This document shows, one piece after another, positions 54,481 through 64,000 of a stretch of DNA of 64,000 nucleotides. Made by a program: the position numbers and the translations under genes. Source of the stretch: Paraspadella gotoi (taxonomy: Eukaryota; Animalia; Chaetognatha); NCBI GenBank assembly GCA_051294375.1, contig JBJCIZ010000239.1, positions 1,320,581 through 1,384,580 on the forward strand, read 5' to 3'. How positions within the stretch are numbered: the first letter of the stretch is position 1; every line of letters begins with the position of its first letter. The notes below the pieces were generated by a model. That model did no database searches and was not told where the DNA came from. It worked only from the letters and a program-made list of their open reading frames with translations.

Positions 54481-54885
54481 TAAACAACTAAAAATGCCAT
54501 GGAAACAGATATGTGTCTCGTAAGGAAACCAATTACTTTTGAAGTTAATAAAATAGATTGTAAGTGAGTCTGAAGTGAAAGCTTCACTGTCAGAAAGATT
54601 TAGGCCTTAACTTGCCATAGCATATATCCAAAGTTAGGAAAAGATAACTTGAATAAATAAGTTGTCTCCATTTCATACATAAAATAAATTTTAAAAACGG
54701 AAAATGTTTGATTAAGAAAATGTGTGAAAAATGTGTATTTTTTTAGATATTGAAACTAATGTAATACGGTTAAGTAAAGTAAATATGTAGTAAGATAAAT
54801 ACCTAGTTTTCTTTTCTTCTCTCTTTATTTTTTTTTTCTTTGTTTTTTCCCTCTCTCTCTCTCTCTCTCTCTCTGCCCGACTACA

Positions 54886-54919
<34 letters not shown>

Positions 54920-55576
54920 TTTTCTCTCTCCACTCAATCTCAATCTCATTCCCTCCCTCGTATTGACCATGTTTGCCAAGGCAAAGCCTTCCGAGCATTC
55001 TCGCTTCTTTTTTTTTTCTTTTTCTTTCTTTCCTTTTTTTTTCCTTTCCTTTCATTTCTCTTCCTCTCTTTTTACTCTTATTTTCCTTTTTCCTTCATTT
55101 TCTTTTTAAGTTATTAGTTTTCTTCTCTCCTTCTTTTCTTCTTATTCTCCTTCTTCTTCTCTTTATTTTTCTCCTCTCCTTCCTTCCTTCCCCATTTTTC
55201 TCCCGCGTCATTGAAATGCTTCCCGCGAAAATAATTTACAGTAAAAAAAAAAGGAAAAAAAAACAAAAAAAAAAAACAGCCCGAGTCCCAACGTTTTTCT
55301 CTTCTCTTCTTTTCCTCTTCCACTACAGTGAGTTCCGTATTTCTTAAACTTCCATCGTTTCGTAAAGTAAAGACGGTTTATCTCGAATTCCGTTTGATTG
55401 GATTTTAAATCGTCGTCGATGTCGTCGTCGTCGTCGTCGTCGTCGTCAGCATCGTCGACGTTTGCCAAAATTTCGGGTTCTCTTTTCCCAGAGCGCCTCA
55501 TATCAATTCCTTTATCGCGGAATTTGTAGTCGGACATTTCATAGGTTCACCCCGTCTAGAAGCTTGACGCTTATAG

Positions 55577-55800
55577 TTGTGACTAGGTGGCTCATTGAGT
55601 AAAGCCATCAGCTCATGTCCCTTAGGAAACGGGTTCTATCCCAACCCTAGTACCTACCCTGTGGGAAGCGTGAGAACGGCCTTTGGTGCATGGCAAACCC
55701 TCAAGCCTGGTTCCAAGTCTAGGGACCCGTTCCATGGCTGCTTGAGGATTTTATATAAGTTACGGACAGTCATCATCAGCCTCTGGAGCGCCTTATCCAC
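55577..55800 (+). mobile_element. tRNA-derived SINE
   Basis: A box TGGCTCATTGAG and B box GGGTTCTATCCC, followed by a non-tRNA body shared with the 19474 and 21520 copies. Confidence 0.65.
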
Positions 55801-56689
55801 AAGCTTAATGTTAATTGAAAATAAATTCGTCGTCATTATCGTCCCCATGGCCAATTTCCCCCCCCCCCCTTGACGCTTTTTTGACCCAATTCCATTAATT
55901 TTCTTATTTTTTTATTCCATCTAAATCGAATCCAATCCAACTCGATTCTCTTCCTTCTCATCTTTTTTTTCGGGGGCATTTAGGGTATTTCTTTTCCTTT
56001 TACTGTATTTTTACGGTATATCTTTCGCCGCACGCTTTGGTATCAATTTGCGGTAATTATTTTCCATATATCTAAAATTATCGATATATAAAATTGTGAC
56101 AACAAATACTAAAACAATCCACGAAATTATTCAATAAGGTATACATTTAGCCACTGACTTGAGTTTAGTAGGTCCCAATGGTTTTTACAGGGTTTTTACA
56201 GGGTTTTTACAGGGCACTGCCAGCTTTCAATCAAGACTCTCACAGCATAATTTTTCAATTCTTAGCGTATAAATGATATATCAATGAAACATTAAAATGT
56301 TTTTTTATAAACTGTTTCAATGTATAAAAGGTCAATGTATAATTTTTAGATCAGGTAACTCTATTATCTTCCGCACTACGACAATCAAAATACATCTTCA
56401 AATATCATAGGCATTTTTTTCTTATTTCGAAATTATACTTCTAGAGTTTTTATTTGAATATTTGTGTTTGTTCTTATTAATATTTACTTTGGACCTCCTT
56501 TCCTTACTTCAGCTTTTCTTTCTCTTCTCAGCTAAAATTTTTGCTCCGAAAGAAAAAAAAGGGAAAAAAAAAAGAACAACGATTTATTCCTTTTCTTGTT
56601 GCTGAACTCCGGCTGGCTTTAGGGTCGCGAATTTATTTTTTTTTCAATAGAGATTCAGTCATTCTGTGCGCTCGAAGCTGCAGTCTTCT

Positions 56690-57010
56690 TAGTGGTCGAA
56701 GCGACCTTGCTGACGGTTTTCAGTCTGTTGTGGTCTTTTGTGGTCATGATGCATCGTGGCTCGATGGTCGATCAGTGGTCGTTGTGGCTCGAAGCGACAT
56801 TTTGGTCGTTAGTGGTTGAAGCGACTCTTTGGTTGTCAGTTCTGCTATGGTCTTTTGTCGGTCCATATGCGATCCGTGCTCGATGGCGTCAGTGTGTCGT
56901 TTTTGGTCGAAGCGACATTTTGGTCGTTAGTGGTCGAAGTGATTCCGTGGTTGCCAGTTGTGAGGGTCTTTTGTGGTTGATGACGCATCGTCGTCGTTTG
57001 TGGTCGACGC
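56690..57010. repeat. Degenerate ~120-bp tandem repeat rich in TGGTCG
   Basis: GAAGCGACATTTTGGTCGTTAGTGGT(T/C)GAAG repeated at ~56791 and ~56908. Confidence 0.7.
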
Positions 57011-57616
57011 GGGATGGTGATCCTTGGAGTAAGTGGGGGTTTAATGTGTAATTGTGGTCGTTTGTTCCTGAAGTTGTTTGTGGTTGATGCAGCATCGTGG
57101 TCGTCGTACGTAGGTTATCGTGTATGGCTTTTATTTCCTTCAGTCAAACTCGGAGACTCAAAGAAATTTATATAAATAGTGGCTATTATAGGAAGCAAAG
57201 AATAACATTTCTTCTTCGATTGAATAAACTAATAAAAAGATTAAACAAAATAATTGGTGTTTTTTTTTTTCCGTCAGCAGAAAAAAAAACAAACTTTTCA
57301 ATTCTACTCCGCTTCGTTCCTCGTTAATCAAACGACGACGACGACGAAGAAGACGAAATTAATACAATGACGNNNNNNNNNNNNNNNNNNNNNNNNNNNN
57401 NNNNNNNNNNNNNNNNNNNNNNNNNNNNNNNNNNNNNNNNNNNNNNNNNNNNNNNNNNNNNNNNNNNNNNNNNNNNNNNNNNNNNNNNNNNNNNNNNNNN
57501 NNNNNNNNNNNNNNNNNNNNNNNNNNNNNNNNNNNNNNNNNNNNNNNNNNNNNNNNNNNNNNNNNNNNNNNNNNNNNNNNNNNNNNNNNNNNNNNNNNNN
57601 NNNNNNNNNNNNNNNN

Positions 57617-57855
57617 GTCGGTCCGTCGGTATGTCTGTCCGTCGGTCTGTCCCACTGACGTTAAAAATACATATAATTCGCTCATAATTTATTGATCATT
57701 TGCTAAGACAAAAAAAAAACAACCTTCAAATCTAAGTGACTGATAGCGCCACCTTCAGGGAATCCTAAAACGTTAAAGAATAAAAGACAAGATTCAGATG
57801 CAACGCATGTCATATACACGTGAAAATAAAGTCGCTGCGGCGCAACACATTGGAA
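57617..57855 (+). mobile_element. Helentron/DINE-like repeat copy
   Basis: Same body and 3' end GCTGCGGCGCAACACATTGGAA. Confidence 0.55.
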
Positions 57856-58403
57856 TTTTCCTCCCTTTGCTTCTTTTCTACTCCAAAAGTTATCATTACC
57901 TTTACTTCTATTTTTTTCTCTCCTCCCTCCCATTCTTTCCCTTCCGCCACCCCCCCTCCCCCCTCTGCATCATAAATTCTCTCGCTTTTCGGTGATAACT
58001 CATTTTTTCTCTGACCTTGCCAGCTCCTTACCTGCTTTTCTTACCAGCACTTGTCCTTCTTTTCTCTTCATTTCCCCTGTTTTGCTTTCTAGTTTTCTCT
58101 CTTTTTTAATTTTCTTTTTGTTGGTTTACATTGACTTTTTACTTTTTAACTTTTTTTTGTTCTTTTATTTTATTCTTTTGGAAGTTTTCTATCTTTTAAT
58201 CTTTTCTTCGTTCTTTCTCTCCTCTTTCTTTCGCTCTTTCTTTGTTTCTTTCTTCTTTATTTTCTTTCTTTGTTTCTTTCTTTGCTTATTCTTTTTTTGT
58301 TTCTTTGTTTCTTTTGTTCTTTCCCTCTTTCTTTCTTTTTTTCATTCAATCTTTCCTTCTTTCTTTCTTTTCTTTTCCCTTTTCTTTCTTTCCATTTCCA
58401 TTT

Positions 58404-58446
<43 letters not shown>

Positions 58447-59029
58447 CTCCGTCTTTCTATTTTTCACTTTTTTCTATATTTTTTTCTTCTTCTCTCTCTC
58501 TCCTTCCAACCCGACCCCTGACAAGCTTCCATCAAAAAAAAAAAGAATTGCAGCCCCAAAAAAAACTCCGGCTTCCAACTGGCAACCGCAGAGGTCAAGA
58601 ACCCGAAACATAACCTCAAATAGAAACTCACGCCTCCTGTCGTCATTTGTCTCACGGAATCTCATGTTGCAACCATCGTCGCCAGCGTCGGCCATTGCAC
58701 GTTCCGCGACATCAGTGGAGCCAAAATCGCTGATGACACGAAANNNNNNNNNNNNNNNNNNNNNNNNNNNNNNNNNNNNNNNNNNNNNNNNNNNNNNNNN
58801 NNNNNNNNNNCTCTCGCTCTCTCTTCTCTCTCTCTTTTCTCTCTCTCTCGCCTTTTGACGCTATTAGAGTCAAAATAGGATTTTTGGCTCCAAGGAAATA
58901 TAATATCGAGTTGGGGAAGACGAAAGAAAAAAATACTGAATGTGAATATTAAAATTGATACAATCCACATAACACATAATCCATTTATGAATTTTATTTG
59001 TAAGCTTAAGTCTTTGAACATGGTATGCC

Positions 59030-59116
59030 TTATAGCCTCTGGTGGGTTAAAGAATCAACGCTTCATACTTGGCTGTCCCCAATAGCATTTAAGGGGTTCG
59101 AATCCCACCGCTGCCA
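59030..59116 (+). pseudogene. tRNA(Leu)-like remnant or SINE head
   Basis: The 3' end GGTTCGAATCCCACCGCTGCCA matches a tRNA-Leu T-arm and acceptor; the 5' half does not fold as a tRNA. Confidence 0.35.
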
Positions 59117-59717
59117 CATTTAAGACAGTGATTTCTGAGCGAAAACCAAAGTGGAATTTATTTCTCTGGAAAATAGACGGTATCAAAATACGAGCTGAAT
59201 ATCCTGAAATTGATATATAACTGATGTAAAAATTATTTATTTATTTATGATGCTCCATCACATAGTATATGTGCAAATCCTGAATACAAACTTGGCAACA
59301 AAACGGAATGCACACCCGAGAGATGCATAGTACACAGCACCCAGCACAACCGTTGTCACCCAAGATGCACAGTTTCTGAATACAAACAAAACNNNNNNNN
59401 NNNNNNNNNNNNNNNNNNNNNNNNNNNNNNNNNNNNNNNNNNNNNNNNNNNNNNNNNNNNNNNNNNNNNNNNNNNNNNNNNNNNNNNNNNNNNNNNNAAC
59501 CGTGACGCAAACCGATGCGAGATGCGAACTCTGATGCAATCAGCGCGTGAAAAGTGAAAAGTCTCGGGTCCGTGAATCAGATCTGCGTTCACGCCAAGAC
59601 GGCGCGTGAACGGTGAGGAACGTGACACTATACGTGGCGGCGTAGCGTGACATTTAGTCAGGGTGTTTTTCTTTCTCGCCGAGTAGCAAGACGTTCTTAC
59701 TTTTTTCATGGGAAAAA

Positions 59718-59815
<98 letters not shown>

Positions 59816-59881
59816 ACATTTATTGATTGATTGATTGATTTTTTTCTTATTGTCCTGACAATTTGCTGGATCCATTTTCAC

Positions 59882-59983
59882 CTTCTGCAGCAAGATGACA
59901 AGAACAAAATAAACAAACGCGGTCGTCATGGCAACGCGATGGCCTTCGATCTGTCGAGTGTGGCGTGACGATGCGAGGTTCTC

Positions 59984-60022
<39 letters not shown>

Positions 60023-63000
60023 ATTCCTTTTTTCAACTCGTGACCTTCTTCACTTTGACCCCGCGAATGACTGACTTCGTTGATCTGACTCGAGATATCT
60101 CGACCCCGAGTGCGGAGAGCGCATCCAGCTACTTCCCCGTCTCCTACCGGTCGACTGAGAAAGTTTTAAAAAAAAGGAGGGAAAACGATAATTGTTTAAA
60201 ACAAAAGGGAAACGAAAAGTGGGAGAGAGATAATTTTCATTTTATAAGGTAGCTCACTATATTATAAATATAGCGCCTACTGCGAAAATTAAAAAACATA
60301 AAAGTTAGATTTGTTTTTACAGAAAGGTTAATGGTTGCACTGATGGGTATGTTGTTCATGGCACATTGACTGTTTAGAAGATTTTTTCAGTATGTATACT
60401 GTTCACTACGGGTGCCTTAGTGCCGGGCTTGACTCTGGCAAAAAAGAAGGCAGCAAGGCTGTAACAGGTCGGGGTTGCCATCCTGTCCAAACTCGTGTAC
60501 GCATACTTCCGAGGCTCTAAATTTTTTTTTAGGGTTGCATTTTTCGGTTTTGAATAGATTGTGGTCTGACCTGGTACTGATGAAAATCTGACATAGTTTG
60601 GTGACGCTTGACTGACAAACACAACTGACATATTGGATGTGAGGCGGGCGAGCGTTTGATTTGAAACAAAAGACCTAATTATTACAACGCACCTGGAAAA
60701 CTGCGGGCCACACGGTTTTCGTTATGGTCACGTGTTTCAACGAACAAAAGTGGATCACCCGAGACGCAAGAAAAAAAAAACAAGGCGCCTTTTAAAAATG
60801 TCTCTGCGTGCGATCCCAACCTCGACCCAAGTACTTTTTGCTTACTTCAGACGCAATGGCCTATCACTAAACAAAAAACAAACCTGCCAGCTAATACTGG
60901 CTATCCATCACAAGAAATCCTCTCACTCTCTCATCTTTCTTCGGTCTTTTTCGCTTCTCACACTCGTCTTTTGTCACTCTCTCTCTAGTCTCTATCACGT
61001 CGCTGCTCCCTTTGCTCACTCTCCTCTCACTCTCACGTCTCACTGCCCTGCTCGTCATCTCTTCACTTCTGACTCCCGTGCGTCTCTCTCGTCTTTCTGC
61101 TCCTGCTCACGGTCGTAACGGTCCGTCTCTCGCGCTCAGCTCCACTTCTCTCTCTCATGCTCTTCCCCTTTCGTCTCGGTCACTCCCACGTGCCCTCTCT
61201 CTCTCTCACGTCTCCCTGCCCTCTTCGGTTCTCTCCTACCTCTCTGCCTGCTGCTCCTGGGGCGAAGGCGCCGACCTGGACAGGTTTAACAACCTTTTTT
61301 TGCCTCGGTCGAGCGTAAGCATGCAATGTTTTTTCACCGCTTGGCTCCAAACTGGGGAGAACAGCGGACGGGGCGGGGCGTGACCAGGGGGGGGGCGAAT
61401 TAAGGGGGCGGGGGGCGGAGGGAGACCCGGGAACCGGGGAAGGGCATGTGGTCGCCTTGNNNNNNNNNNNNNNNNNNNNNNNNNNNNNNNNNNNNNNNNN
61501 NNNNNGCTTGCTGTTGCTGTTGCTGTTGCTTCTCTTGGTAGTTGTTTTTGTGTAATACAGATATTAAACAAAGTTGTTATTGATGGCGGTTTTGCTGTTA
61601 TTGTTGGTATTTTTATTGTTGTTCTTGTTTTTATAGTTGTTATTGATGTTATTGTTGTTAGTGTTGTTATTGTTGCTATTGTTTTTATTGTTCTTATTGT
61701 TGCTCTTGTTATTATTGTTGTTATTGTTGTTAATGTTATTGTGTTATTATCAATGTTATTGTTGTTATTGTTGCTCTTGTTTTTATTCTTGTTATCGTTT
61801 TAATTTTTATTATTGATGTTATTGTTGTTATTGTGTCTATTGTTGTAATTGTTATCAAGCAAACACAGTTTCACCATTCACCAATCGCTAGTCACCACCT
61901 CGACGGAAAGCAAGCAGAAAAGTTTTGAAAGTTTAAAGGTAATGAACTGGAAAATTAAGTGACCGAAAAATGATTGTGAAGGTTGGTGAGTTTGTGAGAA
62001 AAAGTCAGGTTAACAACAGCTCCAGCTATTGACTAAACCACACCATGTTCACGATCACCATCATCCTATCCATCATCATCATCATCATCATCATCATGAT
62101 CGTCACAATCTCTCGACTTTTGCCATCCAATACTTGTTTGTCAACGATCTCGAGGTTAACGCAAATCTATAAATCTTCTAGTTTTTTTAATATCGCCTCT
62201 TTTAATGACAGTTTTGTTGTAATCAGACGTAGAGAGAGAGAGAGAGATGAGAGAGAGGAGAGAGAGCAGAGAGAGAGAGCAGAGAAAGAGAGAGACAGAT
62301 CAGACAGACAGGGACATGACAGACAGACAGATAGAGAAGAGAGGAGAAAAGAATAACTGTTCAAACGACGGAATCAACCCTCCCTTTGGTTTTTTTCAGG
62401 TTATTTAATGTGAAATTACTTGTTTAAATCGAGGAGGAAGACTGTTAGAAAATAGTAATGCAAACATTAATAAATGGGTTTGGCTATACGTTCGGCAGGT
62501 GCCGACAGGCGCCGTTTCCTCCAAGCCGTGTCGTGATTGAATATGGGCTTTCGAAAGACAGAAGAATGGCAAGCAATAAAAGAAGAAGGAATTGGCATTT
62601 CCTTAGAGAGGAGAGAGGAGAGAGGGAGAGAGGAGAGAGAGAGAGAGCACCGCAGCACGCCAGACGAGAGAGGAGAGAGAGAGATAGACGAAGAGGCAGA
62701 GAGGGGCAGAGAGTAGAGTAGAGAGGAGAGAGAGGAGAGAGAGGACGAGAGATGAGAGTGACGGCGTCTGCCTTGAAATTTGGGTCGCTTATCCCTTTCA
62801 ATCAGGCTAGTTTTTGTATTGCCGTGCAGGAAAGAGGGAGAAGGTAAGTCAGATTCGCCGTTCAAGCGAATGGTAAAGCCATGTTATAACAAGCAACAAC
62901 ACAATGCAATTGACGAAGTCACGAATGTTGTTGTTTAGTTAGTGTTGTTGATGAGGTGTTGTCGATTGTGCCAACAGATATACAATTATTAGTTACTAAC

Positions 63001-63973
63001 AAGAATTTAAGCAACCAACCAATCGCCGAGTAGAACATGGTAAAGTATAAAAAAGTTTTTGTAAAGAAGTCCATCAATATGATTACGAGAGAGTAAATAA
63101 GCGATGTAAAGGGTCCACGAATAACCGTATATCGAGGGAGAACAATGCAAAAAACATGATGTTACTGAGAGACAGTGCGTATGTATAACGAGAACATAGA
63201 CTATCGTTGAGACGGCAGAACAAGCAAGAACAGCGAAATAGAAATAACATAAGAGCATAATTTACCAGGAAGAACAATTACCGGGATGCGTTCGTGCGAA
63301 CGTCAATGGCCTGAACACTGGGCGCGCTCTTCCATTTGACAAGGCAAATTTGACGCAGAATATATGACGATGAAGAACGACCTAATGACGACGGATGATG
63401 GCAAGCTGAGATGAGCGACGACTGTACGACGGCATAGTATCGACAATTCAATGACGATATGGACGTGTTGGTTGACTGAAAACAAAAGTCGAGAATGGGA
63501 GCAATGACGACGACCATACGGACGACATGGAATGGACGACGATTAGGCAGATCGATATTGAATGACTAATCCAAAGACGAGTGATGAACGACTAGAGTAG
63601 GATGGACGATGAACGACAAGAATAAATACAAGGGACAACGTTGATCCGAGAAAACAAGATCGACGAATGGATGACATGACGAGTACGCATGAGGCGTCAA
63701 AACATATAATGAAGTGGACGTGGACTCAAGTATGATCGTCAATTGATGGACGACTTTTTGTAGTCTGAGGACGATGGACAATTGACGCAATAACGATAGT
63801 TGATGAGCGGATGAGTGCCGACCGGAAAACGGCGATGAGAGACAACNNNNNNNNNNNNNNNNNNNNNNNNNAAAGAAAACTGTTAAAAATAGTAATCAAA
63901 ACAAAAACGGGTTTGGCTTACGTTCGGCAGGTGCCGACAGGCGCCGTTTCCTCAAAGCCGTTTCGTGATTAAT
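59882..63973 (-). CDS. Tentative spliced exons of an unidentified minus-strand gene entering from the right
   Basis: AG/GT-bounded GC-rich segments 63973-63922 (INHETALRKRRLSAPAE), 61351-61240 (LWSQAVKKHCMLTLDRGKKRLLNLSRSAPSPQEQQAE) and 60154-59882 join in one open frame. The last segment also has an ATG at 59929 starting MTTAFVYFVLVILLQK|GT (signal-peptide-like). No recognisable domain. Confidence 0.35.
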
Positions 63974-64000
63974 CTTCAAAACAAAATGGCAGCAAAAAAA

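Noticed and set aside
62040-64000. Duplicate of 63872-64000 at ~62440-62580, and ORFs in 62-63.8 kb
   Set aside because: Noisy, insertion-rich sequence ending in a 25-N gap; low-accuracy fill, so the ORFs are not credible

Overview
AT-rich eukaryotic (invertebrate-looking) draft assembly with many microsatellites, N-gaps and noisy gap-filled stretches. Exons are GC- and CpG-rich. Genes reconstructed by hand from splice signals and reading frame: (1) the 3' part of a coiled-coil protein gene (+, about 0.6-4.3 kb); (2) a Rab3-like GTPase with a long N-terminal extension and a CxC end (+, 10.8-25.2 kb); (3) 429 bp downstream, a tandem Rab paralog with the same intron positions, a ~72-aa insertion and an atypical C-terminus (+, 25.7-28.7 kb); (4) a complete 8-exon, 563-aa FUT8/GT23-like fucosyltransferase with substituted catalytic and acceptor residues (+, 39.3-46.0 kb); (5) tentative exons of a minus-strand gene near the right end. 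The most notable non-coding signal is a ~240-bp dispersed repeat (3 intronic copies) containing a circularly permuted, P5-type twister-ribozyme-like motif. A second, Penelope-like repeat family carries minimal hammerhead ribozymes, two copies in inverted-end arrangement. Also present: tRNA-derived SINEs, a helentron/DINE-like repeat, a hAT MITE with an 8-bp TSD, a tRNA-Asp pseudogene, and duplications around 25-N and 10-N gaps that are probably assembly artefacts. All calls were made by eye; no searches or folding programs were run.
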